This document shows positions 46,365 through 57,832 of a stretch of 64,000 nt of DNA, in pieces. The translations under genes and the position numbers were made by a program. The DNA is from Nitrospirota bacterium (GTDB taxonomy: Bacteria; Nitrospirota; Thermodesulfovibrionia; Thermodesulfovibrionales; JdFR-86), in NCBI GenBank assembly GCA_963721805.1, contig CAVRJY010000001.1:1024001-1088000 (forward strand). Direction: 5' to 3'. The notes beneath the pieces were generated by a model, which was not told the origin of the DNA, searched no databases, and saw only the letters and a program-made list of their open reading frames with translations. The stretch's first letter is position 1. Every line of letters starts with the position of its first letter.

Positions 46365-47035
46365 CTGTAATATTTCCCTGCCAGCCATGCGGGGCTCACC
46401 CCCAGGCGGTATAGCAGCATCGTCATCTGGTTTTGGAGCACCGTGCCGAGGAATCCCCTCTTGGCCCACCTGCGTTCGGACGTGCAGGCCTCGGTCCTCA
46501 GAATGACGAGCCTTCCGGCCTTCTTCATGCGCCCTGCCAGCTCCACGTCTTCCATCAGGGGAATGTCGCTGTAGCCGCCGATTTCTTCAAACGTATTCCG
46601 CCTGATGAAGATACCCTGATCCCCGTAAGGCAGCCTGAATGCGGAGCACCTGAACCTGACCCAGCCCTCGACGAGCCTGTATCTGAACGCGGGATCGCCG
46701 ACCCTCAGGCTGAAGGCCCCGCCCGCCACCGAGCGGTCAGCGAGCGCCGAGGTAATGGCCCCTGCCCATCCGTCCGCGAGCACGGTATCGGCGTGCAGGA
46801 ACAGCAGGGCGCCGCCCATACCGCGCGAAGCGCCTGCGTTCATCTGGTGGCCCCGCCCGCGTCCGGCGTTTATCACTGTCACCTTGGGCAACCCGGCCGC
46901 GATGCGGACCGTTGCGTCCGTGCTCCCGCCGTCAGCGACGATTATATCGGCGACTTCCGGCACCCCGGCCAGCGGCCTGATGCACCGCTCTATATGGCCT
47001 TGCTCGTTCAATGCCGGGATTATCACGGATATCAT
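46361..47035 (-). CDS. rSAM/selenodomain-associated GT2 glycosyltransferase (TIGR04283-like)
   Basis: ISVIIPALNE, DGGSTD, GRGHQMNAGA, FLHADT, LPYGDQGIF, PLMEDV, TSERRW. Confidence 0.9.
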   Translation of the reverse strand: MISVIIPALNEQGHIERCIRPLAGVPEVADIIVADGGSTDATVRIAAGLPKVTVINAGRGRGHQMNAGASRGMGGALLFLHADTVLADGWAGAITSALADRSVAGGAFSLRVGDPAFRYRLVEGWVRFRCSAFRLPYGDQGIFIRRNTFEEIGGYSDIPLMEDVELAGRMKKAGRLVILRTEACTSERRWAKRGFLGTVLQNQMTMLLYRLGVSPAWLAGKYYS

Positions 47036-47218
47036 GCACATATTTTACACCTCAACCCCCGTTCCCGGCCCCCGGAATGCACAGATCTTTTTTCTTGACA
47101 GAGTCCGGATGCCTCAGATACTCTTACTCTAATGCTATTTCTATTTCCGGCGCGGGCGGGGACGACCTTATCGTATTTAGGGGATGCAGTAAATAAACAT
47201 TCGCGAGGAAGGGATCCG

Positions 47219-47590
47219 ATGAAATATATACTTGTGGTCTTGCTGGGCTTTATCCTGTGCCTGGCCGGGTGCGCCTCGGAGCATAAGGCAAGCGGCTCGG
47301 GGAGTAGCTCCGCCTCATATGGGCTGCTCTATGAGGCTGCCAAGCAGTCCGCGCCCGAGAACAACTTTAAAATCACTTCTGCCGACCTGGCCACCGGGCA
47401 TATCAGCGCCGAGCACGGCTCGGGAAAGGGCTGGGAGCTTCTGGACATCACAGTCTTAAAGGGCAGCCCTAACACGGTCAAGTTATACGTCGAGGCCGCG
47501 CCCGGCACAAAGGGCAAGGCCAGGGCCGCCCTGCAGGATATCATCAAGTCGATAAAATCCCGAGTGTTGGACTTTAAGCTGGCAAAATAG
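47219..47590 (+). CDS. Hypothetical lipoprotein
   Basis: MKYILVVLLGFILCLAGC lipobox. Confidence 0.7.
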   Translation: MKYILVVLLGFILCLAGCASEHKASGSGSSSASYGLLYEAAKQSAPENNFKITSADLATGHISAEHGSGKGWELLDITVLKGSPNTVKLYVEAAPGTKGKARAALQDIIKSIKSRVLDFKLAK

Positions 47591-47602
47591 TATATCTGCC
47601 GG

Positions 47603-50600
47603 TCAGTCGTACTCTGGCGGGGCAGGCGGGACCGAGCCGCCGCCGTTAGCGTTATTGCGGCTGTACATGACGTAATACAGCACCGGCACCGCGACGAGCG
47701 TAAGGCCGGTCGCGGCCACCGCCCCGAACATCATCGAGATCGCGAGGCCCTGGAATATCGGGTCGAAGATCATCACGAACGAGCCCACGACCACCGCGGC
47801 GGCCGTAAGCACTATCGGCCTGAGCCTCACCGAGCCCGCGGTTATTACGGCCTCGGCCACCGGGGTGCCGCGCTCCAGCTCCATCTCGATGAAGTCCACC
47901 AGCAGGATCGAGTTTCGCACTATGATGCCCGCAAGGGCGATGAACCCGATCATCGAGGTCGCGGTGAAGAACGCCCCGAATATCCAGTGGCCGGGCAGTA
48001 TGCCCACGAGCGTAAGCGGTATCGGCGACATGATCACCAGCGGCGTCAGGAAGTTCCTGAACCACGCCAGCACCAGTATGTAGATCAGCACCAGCACCGC
48101 AGCAAACGCGATGCCCAGGTCGCGGAAGACCTCGTACGTTATCTGCCACTCGCCGTCCCATTTCATCGAATAGCGGTCGGCGAGCCACGGCTGCTCCGAC
48201 GAGTACTGCTTAAGCGGATAGCCCTCGGGCAGCTTCATCTCCTTGATGCGGTCGCTCATCTTCATGATCGCGTACAGCGGGCTTTCCTCGGTGCCGGCGA
48301 CGTCGCCGGTGACGTAGGTCACGCGGCGGAGGTTCTTGTGGTATATGGCCTTGTCCACGATGTCCTGCCGAGTGGTTATAAGGGATGCCAGCGGCACGAG
48401 CGCCCCCGAGGCCGACCGCACCTTCATGGCCGTAAGCGCGGCGGCGGACGTGCGCTCGGCCTGCGGCATGCGGAGGAATATGTCCACCGGCTCCTCGTCG
48501 CGCGCGACGTGCATCAGCCCGGCGTCAGCGCCCGAGAGCGCGACTTGCAGCGCGCTTGCGGCGTCTTGGACGCTCACGCCGCTTAAGGCGGCCTTCTCGG
48601 CGTCCACGTGCATATCGAGCCTCGGCCTGTCCGCCTCATGCATCCAGTCCGTATCGACCACGCCGTCCGTCGTCTCGAAGATCTTTTTTATGTCGCGCGC
48701 GATCTCGACCTGCCGCGAGGTCTCGGGGCCGTAGACCTCGGCCACGAGAGTCGATTGCACGGGGGGGCCGGGGGGGATCTCAGCGACCTTCACGACGCGC
48801 GCCGTAGCGGTCCGCGAGCGCCTTCAGCGCAGGGCGCACGCGCTTCGCTATCTCGTGGCTCTGGGCCTTGCGCTCGTCCTTCGGTGCGAGGTTCACCTGT
48901 ATGTCAGCGGACTCCGGCCCGCGCCTGAGGAAGTAGTGGCGCACCAGGCCGTTGAAGTTATATGGGGCGGAAGTCCCGACGTATAGCTGGGTGTTTCGGA
49001 CCTCCGGCACCGAGCGCAGGTAGGCCGACATCTCCTTGCCGAGCGCGGCGCTCTGCTGGAGCGTGCTGCCCTCAGGCATGTCGATTATGACCTGAAACTC
49101 GCTCTTGTTGTCGAAGGGCAGCATCTTGACCGTGACCGCCTTAAGCGGCAGCAGCATGACCGCGAGCCCCAGCAGCACCGTGATTATCCCGAGCGCGACG
49201 TACCGCCTGCGGGGGCTCTGTATCAGCGTCCGCATGATGCGCTCGTACCTCGGGTGGTGCTCGAGGTTGTCATGGGACTGTCCGCCCTCGCCGGGGCCCT
49301 TAGTGCGCTTAAGCACGATGTACCCAAGCCAGGGGCTTACGATGAACGCCACGGCGAGCGAAAACAGCATCGCGGCCGACGCGCCCACCGGGATCGGCTT
49401 CATGTACGGCCCCATCAGGCCGCGCACGAACGCCATCGGCAGCAGCGCGGCGATGACCGTGAAGGTCGCGAGTATCGTGGGGTTGCCGACCTCGTCCACG
49501 GCGAGTATGGCCGTGAGCGTGTTGGCCCCCTTCATCTTGAAGTGGCGGTGGATGTTTTCGACCACCACGATGGCGTCGTCCACCAGGATGCCTATCGAGA
49601 ATATCAGCGCGAATAGCGTCACGCGGTTCAGGGTATAGCCGACGAGGTAATTGATCAGCAGCGTCAGGGCGAGCGTCACCGGCACCGCGACCGCCACGAC
49701 GATTGATTCCTTCCAGCCGAGCGTTATCGCGATCAGGATGATTACAGATATCGTTGCAAGGAGCATGTGCTTTAAAAGTTCGTTGGACTTGTCCTTGGCC
49801 GTCTCGCCGTAGTTGCGCGTGACCGTGACCTGCACGTCCCGGGGGATGATCGAGCCCCGCATCGCGTCGACTTTCTTTATCGCGTCCTCGGTCACGAGAG
49901 TGGCGTTCTCGCCCTTTTTCTTCGATACCGCCACCGTCACGGCCTCGTCGACCGCGCTGCTGTTTGAGATATTCATAAATACGTAGCTTGAGGGCTCCTC
50001 GGGGCCGTCCGTGATGTGAGAGACGTCGCCGAGGTACACGGCCCTGCCGGACTGCACGCCCACGACCACGCGGCCCACGTCGTCGGCGTCCTTCAGGAAC
50101 CCTCCCACGTCGACCGTGAAAGTGCGGTTGCCTGACTGCAGGTCTCCGGCCGTGAGCGCGAAATTAGTTTTTTTCAGCGCGCCCATGACCTCCAGCGCCG
50201 TAGTGCCGTAAGCCGCGAGCCTTGCGGGGTCGAGCTCGACTCGCAGCTGGCGGCGCTGGCCTCCCGTAACCGTGATCTCAGAGACCGCGGGGTTTTTCTT
50301 GAGGTGGTCGGCCATCTGCGTGGCCACGCGCCGAAGCTCGTAGCCGTTATAGCCCTTGCCCCAGAGCGTGAGCGCGAGCACCGGGACGTCGTCTATCGAG
50401 CGGGCCTTCACGAGGGGCTGCGAGACGCCGGGCGGGATGATGTCGTAGTTAGCCATGAGCTTGGTGTAGAGCTTCACCATGCTCTGCTCCATGTCCTCGC
50501 CCACGTAAAACCGCACGATAGTCAGGTTCTCGCCCGGACGTGCGATGGAATAGACGTACTCTACGCCCTTGAGCTCCCAAAGCAGGCGCTCCAACGGCTT

Positions 50601-50810
50601 GGTCACGCGGCTTTCGACCTCGGCCGCGCTCGCTCCGGGGTAGCTGACCATCACGTCAACCATCGGCACGACGATCTGCGGCTCCTCCTCGCGCGGGGTG
50701 ACATAAGTGGCGAATATGCCCAGCAGCAGCGAGGCCCCGACGATGACCGGCGTGAGCTTGTTGCGGATGAACGCCTTGGCTATCGTGCCCGATATGCCTG
50801 TGACCGTCAT
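47603..50810 (-). pseudogene. AcrB/CusA-family RND permease split by a +1 frameshift near 48795
   Basis: ORFs 48780-50810 and 47603-48793 are the two halves ([22 protein letters not shown] / [21 protein letters not shown]). Confidence 0.85.
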
Positions 50811-51907
50811 CGCCGGGCTTCCATGCGCCCGCCCTCGACCGCGCGCTCCGCGCCTTCGACTATCACGCGGTCGCCGGGATTGATTCCGCTTACGGCCTCG
50901 GTCCCTTCCGGGTACTCGCGTCCGGTTTTGATAAGCCTGTATGAGATGACGCCATCTGCTCCGGCGATGTATACGCCGGTGAGCTGCCCCTTGGTGATGA
51001 TTGCCGAGGCGGGTACGAGGATCGCCTTGCGGGTCCCGGCCTTAAACGAGACCCTCCCGAACATCCCGCCGCGCACGCCGGGGTCAGTGAGCGCGACCTT
51101 CACCCTGAAGGTGCGCGTTGCCGGATCGACGTGCCCGACCGCCTCGGTCACGCGGCCCTCGAGCTCGCGGCCTATGGAATCTATTCGCACGCGGGCCTCG
51201 GTGCCGACGCCAACGGTATTGATGAGCGACTCGTCGAGGTCGGCCTCGATATGATAGCCCCCGCCGCCCTCGACCGTCATAAGAGGCATGCCGGGCGCCG
51301 CCATCGTGCCGGGGTCCACAGAGCGAGAGGTCACGATCCCGTCCATGGGCGATGCGATGCGGCTGAACCCTGCATATACGCTGGCCTCGCTGCGCCCGGC
51401 CTCTGCGCGCGCCACGGCCGCGCGGGCGCGGCTGAGCTCGTTTTCGGCCACGGCGCGAGAGGTTTCGACCGTATCCATCTCCTGCCTGGAGAGGGCCTTG
51501 CCCTCATAGAGCGCCTTATACCGCGTGTATGTCGCATCGGCCAGCTCTTTCTGCTTTGTCGCCGAGGCCAGCGCGGCCTGCGCCTCCGCCGCGCCCTCGG
51601 TGGCCGCTGTGACGCGGTCGCTCAGGTCGCGGCTGTCTATGCTGATGAGCGGCTGGCCGCGCCTGACGCGGTCGCCTTCCATGACGTAAACCACCGTGAC
51701 CGCACCCATCACCCGGCTGGATAGGACGCTAATGTCTTTGGCCCTCACGGAGCCCGCGGCCTCGCGCAGATCATCGACCTCGACCGGAGCGGCCGCCTGT
51801 GCCGTGAGGCCGGTTATCGTAACTGGCGCGGCGCGTTCGGGCTCGTGCTGCCTCTGGCAGGCGGCGAGGGCGGCGATGACCACTATTGCGGCGATAATCT
51901 TGTTCAT
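50807..51907 (-). CDS. RND efflux periplasmic adaptor (MFP)
   Basis: Lipobox, [39 protein letters not shown]. Confidence 0.92.
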   Translation of the reverse strand: MNKIIAAIVVIAALAACQRQHEPERAAPVTITGLTAQAAAPVEVDDLREAAGSVRAKDISVLSSRVMGAVTVVYVMEGDRVRRGQPLISIDSRDLSDRVTAATEGAAEAQAALASATKQKELADATYTRYKALYEGKALSRQEMDTVETSRAVAENELSRARAAVARAEAGRSEASVYAGFSRIASPMDGIVTSRSVDPGTMAAPGMPLMTVEGGGGYHIEADLDESLINTVGVGTEARVRIDSIGRELEGRVTEAVGHVDPATRTFRVKVALTDPGVRGGMFGRVSFKAGTRKAILVPASAIITKGQLTGVYIAGADGVISYRLIKTGREYPEGTEAVSGINPGDRVIVEGAERAVEGGRMEARR

Positions 51908-51939
51908 TTATCCTCCGGGTATCTGCTTAACGTATCCAT

Positions 51940-53325
51940 TTATCTACCTAGCGTATCCATGCTGGTAGAGCTTTCGAGCATGAGCCGCGCTATCGCCACG
52001 AGGCGTTCGGCTTGCTTTGAGGCCACGGATGCGCGCGCGCCATCGAGCGCGGCCTGCGCATCGAGGAGTTCCGAGAGCGTCGAGAGCCCGTTTTCGTACC
52101 GGGTCATCACGAGCCTGCGCGCCTCGGCCGAGAGGGCCTCCCGGCTCTGCTCGAGCTCGACCGCGCTCGCCGATACATTGACGTTCGAGTATGCCTCTCT
52201 CACGCGGAACTCCGCCTCGTGCTGCGCCGAGTCGAGCCTCGATGCCGCCTCGGCGGCCCGCTCGCGCGCGGCCTTCAGCTCGCCAAGACGGGAGCCACCG
52301 TTTAAGAGGTCCCACCTCAGCGCGACCCCGACCATGAAACTCTTGCCCTCGTCCCCGAATGCGGTCTCGTGGTCATTCATCTGGTACGTGCCGCTTAAGC
52401 CCAGGGTCGGCAGGAACCTGGAGCGCGCGAGACCCGTTGAGAGCTCGGCGCCCTTAACCCTGATTGCTTCGGCCTTGAGGTCCGGCCTCTGCGCTACCTG
52501 CGCGACATATGCGTCGAGCTTGTCGACAGGGTGGGGCGCAACCGGGCCAGCTATGTCCACCGGGCCGTCCAGCCCCAGGGCGAGCCCCAGCGCCAACTTC
52601 GCGTTTGAGTTCATCGCGCTTGCCCGGACCATGCGCTCCTCGGCGTCCTTTATCGCGGCATCGGTGCGAAGCACGTCGGCCTGCAGCCCCATGCCGGTAT
52701 CGAGCCTGAGCCCGGCGACCCTGCGCGCCTCCCTTGCGTCGTCGAGTGCCTGCCCCGCGGCGTTGATGAACGCGGCCGAGGCCTGCACCCCGACATACGC
52801 CTCCACCGCGCGGTATGCCGCCTCGTCCCGGCTGCGGGCGAGGTCCGAGCCGCGGGCCTCGGTCTCGTTATTGGCTATCCGGAGCCCTATGACGGCCTGC
52901 GGGGCGAACAGGACCTGTTCCACGCCGAGCGAGGTCTGGTAATCGTTTATGGGGCTTGGATGGTTGAGCGAGCCTATCGCGAAGTCCGCTGCCGTGAAAC
53001 GGCCCTCGGAGAGCTTCGACGCAAACACGTAAGAGGGGTTGTCGGTGCGCATGAACCGCTCTTCCATATACACGCGGGGCAGGAGCGCTCCGCGCGCCGC
53101 GGCAGCCTCCCCGACCCCGGCCTCGCGCGCATGCTCCATCGCACGCACGAGCGGGCCCTGAGTCCGCGCCAGCCCCACCGCCTCTTCGACCGTCACCCGG
53201 CGCATGGCGGTCTCGGCTGAGGCCGAATGAGGGTCCATGCCGAAAAACGCCAGCGCCAACGCTATCGTGGCCGAAAGCGCACACCAGTGCGACCAGCTCG
53301 CTTGCTTAAATCCCGTGCCCTTCAT
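51940..53325 (-). CDS. TolC-family outer membrane efflux protein
   Basis: Signal peptide; RPDL, SRFLPTL, RYENGLST..ELLDAQ motifs. Confidence 0.9.
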   Translation of the reverse strand: MKGTGFKQASWSHWCALSATIALALAFFGMDPHSASAETAMRRVTVEEAVGLARTQGPLVRAMEHAREAGVGEAAAARGALLPRVYMEERFMRTDNPSYVFASKLSEGRFTAADFAIGSLNHPSPINDYQTSLGVEQVLFAPQAVIGLRIANNETEARGSDLARSRDEAAYRAVEAYVGVQASAAFINAAGQALDDAREARRVAGLRLDTGMGLQADVLRTDAAIKDAEERMVRASAMNSNAKLALGLALGLDGPVDIAGPVAPHPVDKLDAYVAQVAQRPDLKAEAIRVKGAELSTGLARSRFLPTLGLSGTYQMNDHETAFGDEGKSFMVGVALRWDLLNGGSRLGELKAARERAAEAASRLDSAQHEAEFRVREAYSNVNVSASAVELEQSREALSAEARRLVMTRYENGLSTLSELLDAQAALDGARASVASKQAERLVAIARLMLESSTSMDTLGR

Positions 53326-53529
53326 TTCGCCTCCGCGGAAATCATATAAACAAATTGTAATATGATTATCCTAAAAAGTCAAGTGCCCCTCCCGCAAAGC
53401 CGCCGGGGCCGGTCATTGTATTGAGCTGCATCGGCGGGGGGAAGGCATCTCCGGGGGCGGCGGGCGCAGGTGTGGCGGCCTCATAAGACGAGGCTCGCAA
53501 CCGGCTGGATGCAAGCAGCAATGAAGGGC

Positions 53530-53988
53530 CTAGCGTCTCCTCCATCCGGCCCATGCCGGAAATCCGTTTTCGTCCCTGAGCCTCAGCGTCTCAGCGCCCT
53601 TCTTGATCTCGGAGGCGATTATTGCAGGTTTCCCCTCAAAGCTCACCCTCGAGCCCTTGACCTCGATCTTGTCACCGTGCTCGATCTTGACGTCCTGGTT
53701 TCCGAGGTACCACTCCGGGCCGAGGTGCACGGATATCGTCTCGTTCGCGGTCCTGAGCGTGAGGTGCACGCCGTAATGCATGCCCTTCATCGGCCTGACC
53801 TTGTCTATGCTTACGACCTCCCCGCTGACCGTCTCGACGGTCTTCGGATCGTACATGCGGTTAAACTGTCCGTTAGCGCCCCAGCCTCCGCTGCCCCTCC
53901 ACATCATCCCGTTCTGGGCATAGGAATCGGCAGCTATGCAAAGTCCCAAGATAAGCGCAAACGCCAATAAAGTTGAAATCCTTCTCAT
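53530..53988 (-). CDS. Secreted OB-fold-like hypothetical protein
   Basis: Signal peptide; YDPKTVETVSGEV, VHLGPEWYL, GDKIEVKGS, LRDENGFPAW. Confidence 0.75.
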   Translation of the reverse strand: MRRISTLLAFALILGLCIAADSYAQNGMMWRGSGGWGANGQFNRMYDPKTVETVSGEVVSIDKVRPMKGMHYGVHLTLRTANETISVHLGPEWYLGNQDVKIEHGDKIEVKGSRVSFEGKPAIIASEIKKGAETLRLRDENGFPAWAGWRRR

Positions 53989-54159
53989 GATGTCTCCTTT
54001 CGGTCTGTTGCTGTTATAGCGAATTCCTCATGCTAAAGAGGTTCGGAGGTTCTAAAGTTATAATTATCACACTTCAGAGGTGGTGTCAATGGAAGGGCAT
54101 GTTCTCAGAGAATACGGCGGGAGTCCCTGGGCATATGTGTTCTGCGTATTCCGGGACAA

Positions 54160-54194
54160 TAAAAAAAGGGGCCGCGATATCCTCGCAACCCCTT
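54160..54194 (-). terminator. Terminator downstream of the tRNA pair
   Basis: AAGGGG..GCGA / TCGC..CCCCTT stem with poly-U on the minus strand. Confidence 0.7.
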
Positions 54195-54203
54195 CAATTT
54201 AAG

Positions 54204-54276
<73 letters not shown>

Positions 54277-54358
54277 TGCGTGAACATTGTAAACCACCGC
54301 GGTGCATCTATTCAACCAGCATGGCGCGGTCACCCGGTGCTCATGCCCAGCGTGCATA

Positions 54359-54434
54359 TGGCGCGCCTGAGAGGGTTCGAACCTCCGACCCTTGGCTTCG
54401 GAGGCCAATGCTCTATCCACTGAGCTACAGGCGC
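54359..54434 (-). tRNA. tRNA-Arg(CCG)
   Basis: GCGCCTG acceptor, TTGGC-CT-CCG-AA-GCCAA anticodon arm, GGTTCGAACCC, encoded CCA. Confidence 0.97.
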
Positions 54435-54487
54435 ATCAGACCCCTATATTCCCATATCAAGGGCCTAAAAATCAAACCGCGCGCGAC

Positions 54488-56296
54488 CTACGATTCCCGC
54501 ACCTTCGGGCGCTTGCCGGCCTCGAGGATTTTCTTCCTGAGCCGGATGGAATTCGGCGTGACCTCGACGAGTTCGTCTTCCTTTATGAACTCCATCGCGT
54601 TCTCCAGGCTCATGGCGCGCGGCGGCACGAGCTGCAGTGCCTCGTCGGTGCCGGAGGCGCGCATGTTGGTGAGCTTCTTTTCCTTCGTCACGTTGACGTC
54701 GAGGTCGTTCTCGCGCGAGTTCTCGCCTACGACCATGCCCTCGTAGACCGGGACGGTCTCGGCGACGAAGAGCGTGCCGCGCGGCTGCAGATGAAACAGC
54801 GCGTACATCGTGGTCTTGCCCGAGCGGTCGGATACGAGCGCGCCGTTTTTGCGCTTGCTCATCGCGCCGTGCCAGGGTTCGTAGCCGTCGAACATGTGGT
54901 TTAATAGTCCCGTCCCGCGCGTGTCGGTCAGGAACTGCGACCTGAATCCTATAAGCCCGCGCGAGGGGATGCGGAATTCGAGCCTCACCCTGCCGTGGCC
55001 GTGGTTCATCATCTTCATCATCTTGCCCTTGCGCATACCGACCTGCTGAGTCACGACGCCCACGTAGTCCTCGGGCACGTCGATCACGAGCAGCTCCATC
55101 GGCTCGTTCACCACTCCGTTTATCGTCTTGGTGATCGTCTCGGGCATGGCTATGGACATCTCATAGCCCTCGCGCCTCATCATGTCGATCAGGATCGCAA
55201 GCTGTAGCTCGCCGCGCCCCATGACCTTAAACGAGTCCATGCTCTCGAAGTCCACTCGGATCGAGACGTTATAGAGCAGCTCCTTCTCGAGCCTGTCGCG
55301 CAAATTGCGTGAGGTCACGAACTTTCCGTCGCGGCCTGAAAAAGGCGAGGAGTTCACGGAAAACACTATCGAGATCGTGGGCTCGTCCACCGTGATGCGC
55401 GGCAGCGGCTTCGGGGTCTCGGCGCTCGTGATCGTATCGCCTATCGTGACGTCCTCCATCCCGGAGAGCGCGACAATCTCGCCCATCGAGGCCTCTTTGA
55501 CCGACTCGCGCTCGAGGCCCTTGAATATATAGAGCGACGAGATCTTGGTCTTTACGAGCTCGCCCTCGGCGTGTATGTACGCGGCCTGGTCCCCTACGCG
55601 CACCGTGCCCGAAAAAATGCGCCCGATCGCGAGGCGTCCTACGTATTCGCTGTAGTCGATGTTCGTCACCAATATCTGGAGCGTGTCGTCCGGGTCGCCC
55701 TCGGGCGGCGCGACCTTCGCGATGATCACGTCAAAAAGCGGGGTGAGATTAGTCATCGGCTCATCAGGCGTAAGCCCTGCGATGCCGGCCTTGGCGTTCG
55801 TGTATACGATCGGGAAATCGAGCTGCGACTCGTTCGCGTCGAGGTCGATGAACAGGTCATAGACCTCGTTTAAGACCTCCTGTATGCGCGCGTCCGGACG
55901 GTCGATCTTGTTGATGACGAGTATCGGCGGAAGCCCGAGCTCCAGCGCCTTTTTAAGCACGAAGCGGGTCTGGGGCAGGGGGCCCTCCGAGGCGTCCACC
56001 ATCAGGAGCACGCCGTCGACCATCTTGAGCGTGCGCTCGACCTCGCCACCGAAGTCGGCGTGGCCCGGCGTGTCGACGATGTTGATCTTGACGCCGCCGT
56101 ATACGACCGCGGCGTTCTTGGCCATGATCGTAATGCCGCGCTCGCGCTCGAGGTCGATGTTGTCCATTACGCGCTCTTGAACGCGCTCGTTGGCGCGGAA
56201 CGTGCCGGCCTGTCGCAAGAGCCCGTCTACGAGGGTTGTCTTGCCGTGGTCTACGTGGGCTATAATCGCTATGTTACGAATATCGGTTCTTTTCAC
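54488..56296 (-). CDS. typA: Translational GTPase TypA/BipA
   Basis: [58 protein letters not shown]. Confidence 0.97.
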   Translation of the reverse strand: MKRTDIRNIAIIAHVDHGKTTLVDGLLRQAGTFRANERVQERVMDNIDLERERGITIMAKNAAVVYGGVKINIVDTPGHADFGGEVERTLKMVDGVLLMVDASEGPLPQTRFVLKKALELGLPPILVINKIDRPDARIQEVLNEVYDLFIDLDANESQLDFPIVYTNAKAGIAGLTPDEPMTNLTPLFDVIIAKVAPPEGDPDDTLQILVTNIDYSEYVGRLAIGRIFSGTVRVGDQAAYIHAEGELVKTKISSLYIFKGLERESVKEASMGEIVALSGMEDVTIGDTITSAETPKPLPRITVDEPTISIVFSVNSSPFSGRDGKFVTSRNLRDRLEKELLYNVSIRVDFESMDSFKVMGRGELQLAILIDMMRREGYEMSIAMPETITKTINGVVNEPMELLVIDVPEDYVGVVTQQVGMRKGKMMKMMNHGHGRVRLEFRIPSRGLIGFRSQFLTDTRGTGLLNHMFDGYEPWHGAMSKRKNGALVSDRSGKTTMYALFHLQPRGTLFVAETVPVYEGMVVGENSRENDLDVNVTKEKKLTNMRASGTDEALQLVPPRAMSLENAMEFIKEDELVEVTPNSIRLRKKILEAGKRPKVRES

Positions 56297-56358
56297 AACC
56301 GGTAGAATAACCTTTCCGGGGTATATATTACAAATGGCACGATTTCCATGCATATTTC

Positions 56359-56790
56359 AAAGCGCGCCAAATCGCTTGATACGTCGTTGGGCATCGAAGA
56401 CTCGCCCTCTATGTACGTCACAGTACACCATCGGGCGGTCTTCTTGCCCTGCCTTGTCTGAAGCCGATTTGGACGCGCTTTCGGGGGGCACGGACGACGG
56501 ACGCCCCCCGCGCCCCACAAGGTCAACGGCATGATTGGAGGGCCGGTCATAGGTATAGTTATGCATAACGCGCGCGTGTGCGCGCATTTTTTTAGAGCGT
56601 TCGAATGAACAGAGAAAAAACAGTTTAACCTCGCGGATTTCATCGTTTTTTAACGGCTTTCCGTGTTCGGGTGTTCGGATCTGCTATTCGTGCTCTCAAC
56701 TGGCCTCCAGCCTCGTTTCCGCGTCCTCAAATACGACCATATTGGCCTCATGCCGTATTGAAGCACAAATCAAATGAAAAATCGATAGTA
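56359..56790 (+). repeat. Long non-coding element A+B+D, copy 2 (hairpin A copy 3 at 56359-56482)
   Basis: AAAGCGCGCCAAATCGC...ATGTACGTCACAGTACAC...GATTTGGACGCGCTTTC, then blocks matching the reverse complement of 35375-35660. Confidence 0.8.
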
Positions 56791-56919
56791 ATTAAAAACA
56801 ATGATTTATAAAAAGTTGAGGCCACGAAAATATTTTTAAACAGTAGTTAATTGATAAGCTATCCGAAGTAAATAAATTAATAAATGTGCAAAGAAAGGGT
56901 GCAAAACTGTTAATGAAGC

Positions 56920-57012
56920 CTACGTCTTCTTGACTTCCGCTCCGGTTTTTGCCGATAGATCGGCGATCAACCCTACGTGCACCGACTCGACCTCGTAATC
57001 CATAGGCACGCG
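56920..57012 (-). pseudogene. Displaced pheT 3' end, copy P2
   Basis: Translates EVESVHVGLIADLSAKTGAEVKKT* versus PheT EVETVHAGLIADLSAKTGAEVRKA*. Confidence 0.9.
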
Positions 57013-57048
57013 TATCATCTTTTTGGCGGCCGCATGATATAATTATTA

Positions 57049-57535
<487 letters not shown>

Positions 57536-57551
57536 CGGCGAGAGAAAAACC

Positions 57552-57709
57552 CTACGCTTTTCTTACTTCCGCTCCAGTTTTGGCCGACAGATCAGCAATC
57601 AACCCCGCGTGCACCGACTCGACCTCGTCGTCCGTGAGCGTGCGTTCTGCAAAGCGGTAGCCGATATTAAACCAAGGCTCTTCCTGACCTGCGGGATGAT
57701 TTATGCCCT
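57552..57709 (-). pseudogene. Displaced pheT 3' end, copy P1
   Basis: Translates ..FNIGYRFAERTLTDDEVESVHAGLIADLSAKTGAEVRKA*; homology decays with indels near 57670-57709. Confidence 0.92.
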
Positions 57710-57832
57710 CTCCTTATTGTGTGATAAGATTAGCCATAAGTGATAAATATGCGATGTTAAACGGAAACTTCAAGATAGAACGTGTTGCCGAGCCTGTGTC
57801 CTTGGCTGCTGCGCGCGCAGAAACGGATGCGA

